DNA of 64,000 bases from Felis catus (Eukaryota): positions 142,602,001 through 142,666,000 of the forward strand of contig NC_058368.1 of assembly GCF_018350175.1 (NCBI RefSeq), in the 5' to 3' direction. The translations under genes and the position numbers were made by a program. The notes below the pieces were generated by a model that had not been told where the DNA came from, searched no databases, and worked only from the letters and a program-made list of their open reading frames with translations. Of this stretch, positions 11,801 through 24,465 are shown piece by piece. How positions within the stretch are numbered: position 1 is the stretch's first letter; every line of letters starts with the position of its first letter.

Positions 11801-13081
11801 AAAAAAAAAGGAAACAGAACAACGAAAATGAAGTGACAGTTCCCATGTGACGGTCTATCCCCATCCTTAATCTCCGTCCCTTCACCCCCTGCCCCTGAGG
11901 CTGCTGCTATCATGGATCAGGGTACAGTCTATCCTGTGGCGATTTAACAGTCCGGTTACACATGCATGTGCCACAGAATAATCTACAGTCCTGTTTTATA
12001 CTTTAAAAATGTATGCGTATATGTTATGCCATACATACTCTGCAACTTGCTTTTTTCAATACACTTCAGTATTTTCAGAGCTCTGTGATTATGCTTGTGT
12101 ATATTATATTCCTTTTAACTGTTTAGTATTTCACTATATAAAAACTCACATTTTATTTACCCATTTCCCTGTTAGGCATCAGGTTACTTCAATTATTCTT
12201 TTTTTTTTTTCTATTGTACACTATTCTGCAACGAGCATTGTTACCCACTCCCCTGGTGCACATGAGCAAGCATTTCTCTAAGGTTTGTGTCTGGAAGCAA
12301 AACTGTCCACTTGCAAGGGGCACACGTTTCCAACTTTACAACACGTACTAATTGGCCCTTGTGCCAGTGACGTCTCCCCTTCTCCATATCCTATACCTGA
12401 TACTTTCAGACTTCAAGTTGTTGCCTATCTGAAAATTTTTAGAATCTTCACCTTTCCTTTATCACTCAATCAGCAAGAATTATCTTTCTTTTTCCGTGTC
12501 AATCCAAGAGTTGTTTAAAAAAACATTTTAAAATAACACCCATAGAGAAAAGTGCACTAATGGTGCTGATGAAGACTGGACCCTCTCCTGTGGACACCAG
12601 CCCACTCAAGAAACAGGATATTACCAGGATTTCAGAAGCCCATGTCAGCAGCCTCCAGTTACCAGCCTCCTCTTCCAAGGTAACTGCCATCCGTCAGCAG
12701 AGACTCTTTCTGCCTGCTTTTGAACTTTGTACAAATGGAAACCATACAGCATGTTCTCTTTTATTTCTGGCTCCAACTGATTTCATAATGTTTGTGAGAC
12801 TCACCCTTGGTGTTGAGGTTCAGCCTGTTCCCAGCACTTCATTCATTTTGACTGCTGGATGTGATTCTGTTCCATGAAAATTCCACAACATCTTGCATTT
12901 AGGCATAGAACCCACCAGGAACTGATTTCTGCGCACGAAGTAAGGTGGGACTCAAGATTCATTTTTCAAAGATGGCTATTATCTGACCAAGACTGTTGAA
13001 AAGACTGTTCTTTGCTACTCATCTTCAGTGACACCGTTGTCAAACATCTTATTTCCATATGTGGTGAGTCTGTCTCTAGAG

Positions 13082-13502
13082 CAGCATGGTCCAAATAGAA
13101 CTTTCTGGAGTGTCTTATGTCTGTTGTCCACTGCAGCAACCACTAGCCGGGTGCTGAGGGTGTTGAGCATATGAAATACAGCTAGTGTTGGGACGCCTGG
13201 GTGACTCAGTCGGTTGAGCGTCCGACTTTGGCTCAGGTCATGATCTCACAGCTTGTGAGTTCAAGCCCCGCATTGGGCTCTGTGCTGACGGCTCAGAGCC
13301 TGGAGCCTGCTTCAGATTCTGTGTCTCCCTCTCTCTCTGCCCCTACTGCTCTCACACTCTGTCTCTGTCTCTCTCTCAAAGATAAATAAGTGTTAAAAAA
13401 AAAAATTAAAAAAAAAAAGAAATGCAGCTACTGCAACTGAGGAAATTAATTTAAACTTTAATTACCATATGTGACTAATGGCTACTGCATTGGACAGGCC
13501 AG
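13082..13502 (+). mobile_element. MER3-like hAT-Charlie element interrupted by a SINE
   Basis: Ends cagcatggtccaa..ttggacaggccag; perfect 8-bp hAT-type TSD ctctagag at 13074-13081 and 13503-13510. Confidence 0.85.
13190..13418 (+). mobile_element. Can-SINE inside the MER3-like element
   Basis: Full SINE; TSD gaaatRcagctaStg at 13173-13187 and 13419-13433. Confidence 0.95.
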
Positions 13503-13662
13503 CTCTAGAGTTTTTATTCTGTCCCACTGGTCTATATGTCTATCCTTATGCTATTACTACACTATCTTCATTACTGTAGATTTACCATATGTTTTTCTAT
13601 CTAAGTCCCCAAATTTGTTGTTCTCCCAGATGGATTTCACCATTATTGGCTTTTGCATTTTC

Positions 13663-13691
13663 TTTTTTTTTAATGTTTATTTATTTTTGAG

Positions 13692-13736
<45 letters not shown>

Positions 13737-14107
13737 GTGGGGGAGGGGCAGAAAGACAGGGAGACACAGAATCTGAAGCAGGCTCCAGGCTTGGAGCTGT
13801 CAGCACAAAGCCCGACATGGGGCTCAAACCCATGCACTGTGAGATCATGACCTGAGCTGAAGTCGGATGCTTAACTGATTGAACCACCCAGGCACCTGTG
13901 TTTATTTTTTTTTTAATTTTATTTTAGGGACAGAGAGAGAGAGTGCGCAAGCTAGCAAGGGAGAGGGGCAGATGGGGAGAGAGAATCTTAAGCAGACTCC
14001 ATGCTCAGTGTGGAGCCAAATGCGGGGCTCGATCCTCGACCCTGGGATCATGGTCTGAGCTGAAATCAAGAGTCCACAATCAACTGACTGAGCCACCCAT
14101 GGGTCCC
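13663..14107 (-). mobile_element. Two tandem Can-SINEs (13663-13896 and 13898-14107)
   Basis: Two reverse-complement SINE bodies of different subtypes, directly adjacent. Confidence 0.92.
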
Positions 14108-14394
14108 AGCCTTTTGAATTTCAATATAAATTCTAGGAGTAACTTGTTAAATTTCACAAACTAGCTACTGGCTACTGGGATATTGATTATGATGGTATTA
14201 ACTCCAGGGATCAATTGTGGGGTATTGCTGTCTTAAAATATTGAGACTTACAATTCATGCGTGTGGTGGATCCCCATAATTTCTCTTCATCATATTCTAT
14301 GATTTTCTGTGTAGAGGTCTTACATGTCTTTTCTTAGGTTTACTCCCAGTTGGTTAATGTGTTTTAATACCGTTATAAACAATATTTTAAAACA

Positions 14395-14577
14395 GGAGCA
14401 CCTGGGTGGCTCAGTAGGTTAAGCGTCCGACTTTGGCTCAGGCCATGATCTTGTGTTGAGCTCTGTGCTGACAGCTCAGAGCCTGGAGCCTGCCTCGGAT
14501 TCTATGTCTCCCTCTCTACCTCTCCCTTGCTCTCTCTCTCAAAAATAAATAAACATGTAAAAAAAATTAAAAAAAAA
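14395..14577 (+). mobile_element. Can-SINE with internal deletion
   Basis: Head and tail present; the B-box segment after gatcttg is missing. Confidence 0.9.
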
Positions 14578-14784
14578 TTTTTTTAAATTTTTATTTATTT
14601 TTGAGACAGAGAGAGAGCATGAACGGGGGAGGGGCAGAGAGAGAGGGAGACACAGAATCCGAAGCAGGCTCCAGGCTCTGAGCCATCAGCCCACAGCCCG
14701 ACGCGGGGCTCGAACTCACGGACCGCAAGATCATGACCTGAGCTGAAGTCGGACGCTTAACCGACTGAGCCACCCAGGCGCCCC
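14578..14784 (-). mobile_element. Can-SINE, tail-to-tail with the previous copy
   Basis: CpG-rich full-length reverse complement ending caggcgcccc. Confidence 0.95.
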
Positions 14785-15307
14785 TAAAAAAATTTTTAAA
14801 ATACATATTTCATACTCTGAATTAACGCAATTGACACTTTTACATATTGACCTTGTTTTTAGTGACTTTGCTAAATTCATTTATTAATTCTAATTCTTTG
14901 TTTATAGTCTTTGGATTTTCTATGCATGCTATAATGTCACCTGCAAATATTGACATTGGTTTCTCCCCATAATAGATCTTTCGGTTTCCTTTTTCTTACC
15001 TTATGATATTGTACAAAATCTCTAGTATAAATTTGAATAAAAGTAGTGATAGTGAGAATTTCTATCTCATTCCTGTTTTCAGGGGAAAAGGTTTTACTAT
15101 TTTACTGTTAAGTGTGATATCAATATAAAAATCTTTGTAGCTATACTTTATCAGATAAAAGAAGATCCATTCTACTCCCAGTTTACTAAGTTTTTATTTT
15201 TATCATAAATGGGTGTTAAATTTTGCCATATGCTTTTTCAGCATCTGAAAATATCACATCATTATTCATTTATATTTTAGCACAATTAATTATACTTCTT
15301 GATTCCT

Positions 15308-15532
15308 TTTCTTTCAATGTTTATTCATTTATTTTTGAGAGAGAGAGACAGAGGGAGAGAGCACGCACAAGCAGGGGAAGGGCAGAGAGAGAGGGAGACA
15401 CAGAATCTGAAGCAGACTTCAGGCTCCCAGCTGTCAGCACAGAGCCTGACGTGGGGCTCGAACTCACGAGCTGTGAGATAATGACCTGAGGCAAAGTCAG
15501 ACGCCCAACCGACTGAGCCACCCAGGCACCCC
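15308..15532 (-). mobile_element. Can-SINE
   Basis: Full reverse-complement SINE. Confidence 0.94.
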
Positions 15533-16308
15533 TCTACTTATTAATTCTTAAATGCCAAATCAACCTTGCATTTACAGAATAAACTGCCTTCAGTCATGAT
15601 GTTTGTCCTTTTTATTTATTGCTGGATTCACATTTTGTTCAGAGCTTTTGCACCTATGCTTCAATTTCTCTATTAATTTTTTTCTTAAAATATTCTTGTC
15701 ATCTTTTTGAGTCAAGGTTATATTGGTCCTATAAAAGGAAGTGGAAGTGTTCCCTGAAGAGTTTGTGTCAGATGTTGTTATTTCCTAAATACTTGGAAGA
15801 GTTCATTTGTAAAGGTATCTGGGCCTCGAGTTTTCTTTGTGGGCAGGTTATTTATTAATTTAATTTCTTTAAGAGACATAGAACTATTTGGATCTTCTAT
15901 TTCTCTTTTTCTTAGTTTTGGTAAACTGTATTTTACTGGGAATTTGTCTAGTCACACACATTTTCGTTTCTGTATTACCTTTAATGTCTGTAGCATCTGT
16001 AGTAATATCTTTTCATTCCTGATGCTGGCAGTGTGTGCTTTTTCACTTTTTTTTCCCATGATAAATTTTGTTAAAGGTTAATTGTATTTATTGTTCTTTT
16101 CAAACTTCTTACCTAGTAGTCCCTCTCTGTAGTATATTAGCTTTCTATTTCATAATTTTGCCTCTTCTCTTTATTATTTCCTTCCATTTCCTTTTGGCTC
16201 GCTTTGCTCTTCTATTCATAGGTTCCTGCATAATTAATTTTCAGCACTTTTTCATTTCTGATATATACATTTAACACTATAAGTTTTCATCCAAGCACCT
16301 ATTTATTT

Positions 16309-16718
16309 ATTTATTTAAGAATGGAGTGTACTTTATTTTTTAATTTAACTTTACTTTTTATTTCTTAAAATTTACATCCAAATTAGTTAGTATATAATGA
16401 AGCAATGATTTCAGTAGATTCCTTAATGCCCCTTACCCATTTAGCCCATCCCCCTTCCCACAACCCCTCCAGCAACCCTTTGTTCTCCACATTTATGAGT
16501 CTCTTTTGTTTTGTCCCCCTCCCTGTTTTTATATTATTTTTGTTTCTCTTCCCTTATGTTCATCTGTTTTGTCTCTTAAAGTCCTCATATGAGTGAAGTC
16601 ATACGATTTTTGTCTTTCTCTGACTGACTAATTTCACTTAGCATAATTCCCTCCAGTTCCATCCACATAGTTGCAAATGGCAAGATTTCATTCTTTTTGA
16701 TTGCCGAGTAATACTCCT

Positions 16719-16788
<70 letters not shown>

Positions 16789-16875
16789 ATCTTTTTTATC
16801 CATTCATCCATCGATGGACATTTGGGCTCTTTCCATACTTTGACTATTGTTGATAGTGCTGCTATAAACGTGGGA
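16309..16875 (-). mobile_element. Carnivore L1 3' fragment with internal (TG)n(TA)n at ~16719-16785
   Basis: ORF 16585..16803 ends in L1 ORF2 sequence (EYYSAIKKNEILPFATMWMELEGIMLSEISQ); TSD aagcaccWatttattt at 16293-16308 and 16876-16891. Confidence 0.9.
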
Positions 16876-17643
16876 AAGCACCAATTTATTTTTATCTTGC
16901 AAGTTTTAAATATGCACGTTTGTTATTCAGGTCAAAATATTTTCTATTTTTCGTTGTGATTTCCTTTCTGAGTCATGGATTGTTCAAAAGTGTATCACTT
17001 AATGCCCAAACATTTGAGAAGTTCCTATTATCCTTTCACTATGAATTTCCAGTTTAATTCCGTTATGATTACAAAATATATCTATGATTTTTTAGAAATA
17101 AACTTCTAACTTTAGAATCATGTTAGATGTACAGTACATAATTTAAATCCTTAGCACTGTGTTTCCACTTGCTTTATGGCCCAGTATGTGGTCAACTGTA
17201 TGTTTCATTCCCACTTGAAAAAAGAAAAAAACATCTATTCTCAAGTTGTTGGGTGCAGTGATCCATATATATTATAGTTTGTTAATTATGCTGTTCAAAT
17301 ATTTTATGTCTGTACTGATTCTATAGTTGTTCAAATAGTTACTGAGAGAGTGATGTTGAAAATTTCTCACTGTGACTGAAAATTTGCTTATTTCTCCTCC
17401 AAGTTTTGTCATTTTTTGAGACTATATTATTAAGTACCCATTCGTAAGCATTATAATTTTCTGGCTGATTGCTTTTTGTATAATTGTGAAAAGCCTCTCT
17501 TCATCTCCAACAGCACCTTCTTCCTTTAGTCTACTTTATCTGATGTACACATATCCTAGCATTAGTTGTCATCGTTGTTAGTGTTTGCATATTTTATTTC
17601 TTTCCATCCATCTCATATGCAATATAAGGAAGTATAAAATGGG

Positions 17644-18133
17644 GTGATAGGCAGGATAGGGGCTCCCAAACGTGTCCATGTCCTAACCCCTCTGGAACCT
17701 GTGGAAATGTTACCTTACATAACAAAAGAGACTTTGCAGATATGTCTAAGTATAAAGACCTTGAGATGTGGAGGTTATCTCAGATTATCTGAGTGGGCCC
17801 AATCTAACTATGAGTTCATAAAAGCAGGGACAATTTCCTGACTTTGGTCAGAGGGAGATGTGGCCACAGCAGAAGAGTCCGAGATACCGTGTTGCTGACT
17901 TTGAAGATGGAGGAGGGGCCACGAGCTAAGGAATGCGGGCAGCCATCAGAGGCTGGAAAAGGCAAGGAAATGGATTCTGTACTAGACCCTCTGAAAGGGT
18001 ACAGCAGTGCTAAAACCTTGACCTTAGCCCTGCTCACACTTTTGACCTACAAAACTATCAGACAAGACACCTGTGTTCTTTTGAACCACTGAGCTTGTGA
18101 TAATTTATTACAGCAGCAATAGAACACCACACA
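17644..18133 (+). mobile_element. MaLR solo LTR (MLT1C/D-like)
   Basis: gtccatgtcctaacccc..aatgttaccttacat..tttgaagatggaggaggggccacgagctaaggaatgcgggcagcc..ttacagcagcaatag. Confidence 0.88.
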
Positions 18134-18397
18134 CGAGGAAGCTGTGTATTTGTAATCTTACAAAGCAATTAGAAAGATATTACATATGAAATGGTCAAAT
18201 AAACAACATATGGCAGAATATAATTAAGGTCAAACAGTAAAGATTATAAAAGACCATGGTAGGAAGAAGATGATACAGGTGAAAGTGCACAGGAAGGATG
18301 GATGAAGAAAGGGGGACTTTCGGTAAGACCTGAAAGATATACCTCTTCGTTACCTACCACCCTGCCCTCTTCCTGTGTGAAAAATATATAGGGTAGT

Positions 18398-18838
18398 GGG
18401 GTGCCTAGGTGGCTCAGGTGGTTAAGTGTCTGACTCTTGATTTTGGCTCAGGACACGATCTCATAGTTTATGGGATCAAGCCCCACGTCTGGCTCTGTCA
18501 GCCCTGCTGACAGCTGGAGACTGCCTGGGATTCTCTCTCTCTCTGTCTGCCCCTCCCCTGCTCGTGCATGGGCGATCTTTTTCTCTCTCAAAATAAATAA
18601 ATAAACCTTTTTTAAAAAAATGTAGGGTATATGGGGCACCTGGGTGGCTCATTTGGTTAAGTGTCTGACTTCGGCTCAGGTCATGATCTCACAGTTCATG
18701 GGTTCGAGCCCCACACTGGGGTCTGTGCTGACAGCTCTGGGCCTGGAGCCTGCTTTGGATTCTGTGTTTCCCTCTCTCTCTGCCCCTCCTCCACTCATGC
18801 TCTGTCTCTCTCAAAAATGAATACACATTAAAAAAAAA
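18398..18838 (+). mobile_element. Two tandem Can-SINEs (18398-18619 and 18633-18838)
   Basis: Two consecutive heads, bodies and A-tails. Confidence 0.93.
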
Positions 18839-19822
18839 TTTTTTTTTTAATATGGGGAATGGCCTGGATCTGATTTAGTTCTATAACCCCAAAGTCTTAC
18901 CCCACGGCCAGCCATATCAATGAGAAGCATCACTGAAACAACAGATAACCGAAAACTGGATAAACAGAAGGTGAAGAAGGGATTTTTAGCCTGAAGAATG
19001 AGAACAGAAGTCTCGGTGATGGAGGGTCTCTGGAGGACAGGGAGGGAGGTGCTGTTGGAGGCTTCGGTGGGATGGTTGGGTGGACAGGGTGAGACAGCTT
19101 CGGGGAGTGTGAAAAGCCAGAACTGCCACTTTTCTTCTCATCAACAGGGGGACACAAGAGGAATTTAAATATTATTTTTAATTAAACTTTTTTTCTAATA
19201 GCTTTATTATGATGTAATTCACATATGATACAATTCATTCCTTTAGAGGTAAAATTCAATGTTTTTTAGCATATTCACAGAGTTGTACAAGTAGCCTGAT
19301 GGGGGAGAAAAGGACATTGGATTTGTTAACCCCTGGGCAGGAACTAGGGGTCCACAGAGAAGCATAAAGTTTTATCTTTTCCTTCTGAGGTGAAGGCCAC
19401 CTCTGACAAAATAAAGGTCTCTGGACAGACAGAGATACTCACTTATAAGATGGACCAGTCATGGGTACTGATTTTGGACATTAGTGAAAAATTTTAGGGC
19501 AACTGAAGGAAATCACTACCTTACATATTATGTAGTAAATTTATAGAGCTCCTAATCTGGGCAACCTCTGGAAATCTGAAGGAGTCCAAGCTTCTAGAAT
19601 GAGGTCGGGTCAATGGTTTCAGGGGAGAATGTGTTCTCCAGAGCCAGCAGGGGTTCCAGAAGTACCTTGGGAGTTGTCATTAAATGGGATGGCGAGTTAG
19701 TGGGCAGGGTTCAGGTTCCCTGTCTTCATTTCATGCAGTGCTGGTTAAACCTTAAGGAAGAACTTGTAGTATTTGCTAAATATATTATACTTCTCTACGT
19801 TTTTGTTTGAAAAAGGGGTCTG

Positions 19823-20775
19823 GATATGACATATCGGACAAAGGGCTAGTATCCAAAATCTATAAAGAGCTCACCAAACTCCACACCCGAAAAACAAATA
19901 ACCCAGTGAAGAAATGGGCAGAAAACATGAATAGACACTTCTCTAAAGAAGACATCCGGATGGCCAACAGGTACATGAAAAGATGTTCAGCGTCGCTCCT
20001 TATCAGGGAAATACAAATCAAAACCACACTCAGGTATCACCTCACGCCAGTCAGAGTGACCAAAATGAACACATCAGGAGACTATAGATGCTGGAGAGGA
20101 TGTGGAGAAACGGGAACCCTCTTGCACTGTTGGTGGGAATGCAAATTGGTGCAGCCGCTCTGGAAAGCAGTGTGGAGGTTCCTCAGAAAATTAAAAATAG
20201 ACCTACCCTATGACCCAGCAATAGCACTGCTAGGAATTTATCCAAGGGATACAGGAGTACTGATGCATAGGGCCACTTGTACCCCAATGTTCATAGCAGC
20301 ACTCTCAACAATAGCCAAATTATGGAAAGAGCCTAAATGTCCATCAACTGATGAATGGATAAAGAAATTGTGGTTTATATACACAATGGAATACTACGTG
20401 GCAATGAGAAAAAATGAAATATGGCCTTTTGTAGCAACGTGGATGGAACTGGAGAGTGTGATGCTAAGTGAAATAAGCCATAAAGAGAAAGACAGATACC
20501 ATATGGTTTCACTCTTATGTGGATCCTGAGAAACTTAACAGGGACCCATGGGGGAGGGGAAGGAAAAAAAAAAAAAAAAAAGAGGTTAGAGTGGGAGAGA
20601 GCCAAAGCATAAGAGACTGTTAAAAACTGAGAACAAACTGAGGGTTGATGGGGGGTGGGAGGGAGGAGAGGGTGGATAATGGGTATTGAGGAGGGCACCT
20701 TTTGGGATGAGCACTAGGTGTTGTATGCAAACCAATTTGTCAATAAATTTCATATAAAAAAAAAAGAAAAAAAAA
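19823..20775 (+). mobile_element. Young 5'-truncated feline LINE-1 (~950 bp) with uninterrupted ORF2 C-terminal frame
   Basis: ORF 19807..20529 is the ORF2 C-terminus including the CCHC motif [18 protein letters not shown]; 3' UTR, AATAAA at 20742-20747, A-tail; perfect 14-bp TSD gaaaaaggggtctg at 19809-19822 and 20776-20789. Confidence 0.97.
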
Positions 20776-21449
20776 GAAAAAGGGGTCTGCAGCTAAACTA
20801 TAATTGGAAAGACACTAATTAGTGATGGGTGATGGATTCGCCAAATGGGGAAGGGACTGAGAGCTGCCAGGGGATGCTTCTGATCTCCTGGTGTTCGTGA
20901 AAGGCGACCTTATTCTTTTGACTGGACAATGTATCCTCATGACTGTTTGGAAACCACTGTCTAATACAGTCTCTGATTTTTTTCTATGTAATTCATATGC
21001 TTATTGTATGTAAGTTGGAAACACAAAAACACATGAACAAGAAAATTAAAATTAGCTAAATTTACTGGCTGCTGTTAAACATTTTGGTGTATAACCCTGA
21101 TGATTTTTATGCAAGGCTTAAGTAAAATAAATATGTTGGCTGACTTGCAGATAAGAAGAGGAAAGTTGATAGAAAACAAAGTTTTCACGCCTAGAGAAAA
21201 TCAGGCAGGGTAATAAGGAGCCCCAAGTATTAGCACAGGGCTGAAGGGGACGGTCTGGGTCTCTTCCTCTCTGGCATGTAGAATGCATTGGGTGTGGCTG
21301 GAGAATGCGGCTTGGGAAGAGTTAATGCTGTGGCCCTGCAGGAAAGCGCTGCTAGGGATAGTAACCAGCATGAGGAGAGGGCCATGTGACTGAAGTCCCT
21401 GCTGTCCCGTCTCCCAGAAGGCCACAGCGCACAGCAGTAAAGAGCACGC

Positions 21450-21950
21450 CCTTTTGGAGCAAGATTGCTTGGGTTTGAATTTCAGCTCCATTATTCACTG
21501 GCTGAGTCGGCTTCGGTGTTAGCTGAACTCTCTGGACCTACATTTCCTCATCTGTAAAAGGAGGATAATGGCATCTATTTCACAGGACTGTTGTGTGGCT
21601 AAATATGATGACACATAGAAAATGTTCATTAGTACTATGTCCAGAATACCGTAAGTGCATAATGAATGATTTTGATGCCAGTTGTGCAATCTTGGGCAAC
21701 TTTCCTGACTCCCCGTGCCTCAATTTACTATATGAAAGTAATATCAGAGCAAGTGAGATAAGGCATATCGAGTGCTTAACAGAGTATCTGGTATATCGTA
21801 AGGCTATTATTAACATTGTCAACACTAAAGATAATAACGCTAATATTAAAAGCACTTGCTACTTGCTTATAAACATAAAATGTTGTGTTAAGTGTACCAT
21901 ATATGTTAGCTCATTTAATCCTTGCACCAGCTCTATGAAGTAGGTAATAA
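21450..21950. mobile_element. Cluster of MIR fragments
   Basis: MIR core motifs tttcctcatctgtaaaaggaggataat, cttgggcaactt..cctcaattt and (reverse) ctcatttaatcct. Confidence 0.7.
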
Positions 21951-22814
21951 TCGCTGGTAAAAACTGTCATTGAGTGGTAGCTATTAGTATAACACAGGTT
22001 TTTTTTCTTATATATCCTCCTTTTCTGAAGACCTTACAAAGAGGAGAAAAGTAGGCAGAACTCATTATTAAAGCAGAAAAAAAAAAAATGAAAAACCAAA
22101 ACCCAAACCAGACAAACCACTTCTCTGGTCTGGGTCTGGAGAGGACCTGTATTTGCTCCCCCAACACATGTTCCAGAGTTTGAACAGGGATGGCGGGAAA
22201 AGCGTTAATGGCGAAGCTTTCATTTGCTACTTCAGGGTTTGGTACCTTTTCATTTCTACTGAGCTCTTTCTGTTTTTGATCACTTTTACAATTTGCAAAG
22301 ACCAGCTTAAAAGTTTATTCTACCTCTGGCCACCCATTTTATTCTTCCTGCTTCTGCTGGGATGCCATCTTCATGCTTTCAAGGCATATGTAGTTTTACT
22401 TAGAGCAAAACGTACTCACTTGGCCTAAGTGGGAAAACCTCCCAGCTCTTCCAGATATTTGGTGATCAAGGTATTTTTTAATATGGAGTCCTGTCAGGTA
22501 TGTTTTTTAAGGAACGGGCAAATGTGTCAGCTGATTATGTGAGTCAAATGTGCCTCTTAAATAAAACACTAAAGTTTTATTTACACTCAACATTTGACCG
22601 GCTGACCAATTTCTTCATGGCTCAGTCCCAGAAAAGTTCAAAGGATCGCCAAATCAAAGTGAAGTTCAAGTCACTAAGGCCTTGCTGTACCAGCTAGTCT
22701 GCCAGCTAGCCCCACTGCCCACAGACGGTGTGCCCTCCAAGGTGCATTTGCGCTACAGCTGCCTGGGCGCTCTCAGTGAACACGCGGATGAAATCTGTAG
22801 TCTGCTCACAGTTT

Positions 22815-23054
22815 TTTTGTTTTTTGTTTTTTTTTTTTTAATTTTTTTTTCCAACGTTTATTTATTTTTGGGACAGAGAGAGACAGAACATGAACGGGGG
22901 AGGGGCAGAGAGAGAGGGAGACACAGAAACGGCAACAGGCTCCAGGCTCTGAGCCATCAGCCCAGAGCCCGACGCGGGGCTTGAACTCACGGACCGCGAG
23001 ATCGTGACCTGGCTGAAGTCGGACGCTTAACCAACTGCGCCACCCAGGCGCCCC
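22815..23054 (-). mobile_element. Young feline Can-SINE
   Basis: CpGs intact; 14-bp TSD tctgctcacagttt at 22801-22814 and 23055-23068. Confidence 0.97.
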
Positions 23055-23489
23055 TCTGCTCACAGTTTGACACATCCGGGAAACTGCAGGTCCAGGCCCT
23101 GGCTGCCTCTCATCTCGCTGTGTGGTAAGGACTGACGTACCCAGATGCGAATGTGTTCATGGTTGTCTTGATTCTTGTTTTTTCAACAGTCATTCTAGAC
23201 CTCAAAATAGAAGTATTTCTCTAAAAACAGTTCCCAATAAAACATGGGCTAGAACCCCACGCTCTGAGCTGATGCTTGATTGACCCTTTCTGCTTAATTT
23301 TCAGGGATGGAAAAAGCCCCCACTAGCCATAGGTATGGCTCTGGCAGCTCGCAAGCTGGGATTTACAGAACGGTTAGGGATTTACCAGTGGCATTCCCTA
23401 TACCTTACTCGCTATTTTGAGAAACCACTCATAATATTCTGAGAAACCACTGTACATTTTCATAGCCTGTAGAATGAATAACCTATTAA

Positions 23490-23630
23490 GTCACTTAGCC
23501 ACTCTGAATTTCCATTTCCTTGTATGTAAAATGAGGAGAAAAATAATGCCTACCTCATGGGATAATTGTGAGGACGGAATGAGATCCTTTGGGTGGTGAG
23601 TGTTCTTTGCATTGTAAGTATAAAAATCCC
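23490..23630 (+). mobile_element. MIR fragment
   Basis: aagtcacttagccactctga..tttccttgtatgtaaaatgagg..cctacctcat..ttgtgagga. Confidence 0.7.
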
Positions 23631-23852
23631 AGTCACAGGTCTCTTGAATTTCCACAGCAGTTGCCATAGGGCAGGGTACATGGATAAACTAATTGACCAA
23701 CTGAAAGAAATCACTTCAATTTAGGCTGAACCTATGGCATTTGATTGACAGCCATCAAAATCAAGGCGTGGTCAACTGCCCAGACCTATAACAACTGTGA
23801 AATCTGAACCAAGTGCCAATGGAACAACATATTATTAGAAAATTGTGGGGAA

Positions 23853-24037
23853 CAGCGGTGCCTGGGTGGCTCAGGTGGTTAAGCATCTGACTCTTGGTTT
23901 TGGCTCAGGCCATGATCTCGTGGTTCATGAGCTCAAGCCCAGCATTGGGCTCTGTGCTGATGGCCTGGGATCCTGCCTGGGATCCTCTCTCTCCCTGTCA
24001 CGTTCTCTCTCAAAATAGATCAATAAACTTTAAAAAA
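23853..24037 (+). mobile_element. Can-SINE
   Basis: 16-bp TSD agaaaattgtggggaa at 23837-23852 and 24038-24053. Confidence 0.93.
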
Positions 24038-24054
24038 AGAAAATTGTGGGGAAG

Positions 24055-24219
24055 AGAGGATGGGGGGAAATGGGGAAGTCAAAAGGTACAAAGTCTCAGT
24101 TATGTAAGATGAATGAGTCCTACCTAGAGATCTACTATACAGCACAGTACCCACAGTTAATACTATATTATGTCCTTAAAAACTTGCTAAGAGGGAAGAT
24201 CTTATGTTAAGCATTCTTA

Positions 24220-24256
<37 letters not shown>

Positions 24257-24465
24257 GAAAATAATAATAAGAGGGTGGGAAGAAACTTCTGGAGGTGATG
24301 GATATGTTTACGACATAGAATGCGGCAATGGTTTCATGTAAGTATACTTATCTCAAAAGTCATCAAGTTGTAAATATTAAGCTTTTACATATTTTTAAAT
24401 ATTAAGTTGTAAATGTACAACGTTTTCCATGTCAATCATACCTGAACAAAGCGGTTTTAAAATGA
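24055..24465 (+). mobile_element. Old L1 3' end (L1MA-like) with (CA)n at 24221-24253
   Basis: aaaggtacaaagtctcagttat..tagagatcta..ttgctaagag..gatctta..ggaggtgatggatatgtt..tgtcaatcatacct. Confidence 0.8.

Larger units (their letters stand above)
11900..17620 (-). mobile_element. Fragmented ancient L1M (3' end and ORF2 remnants) hosting many younger insertions
   Basis: T-rich degenerate L1 antisense motifs, e.g. gaataaaagtagtgatagtgagaat..cattcctgttttcaggggaaaaggtttt, tctgggcctcgagttttctttgtgggcagg, tttccagtttaattccgttatg. Boundaries approximate. Confidence 0.75.

Noticed and set aside
19807..20529. 240-aa ORF as a host gene
   Set aside because: It is the C-terminus of L1 ORF2 in a 5'-truncated copy with no promoter.
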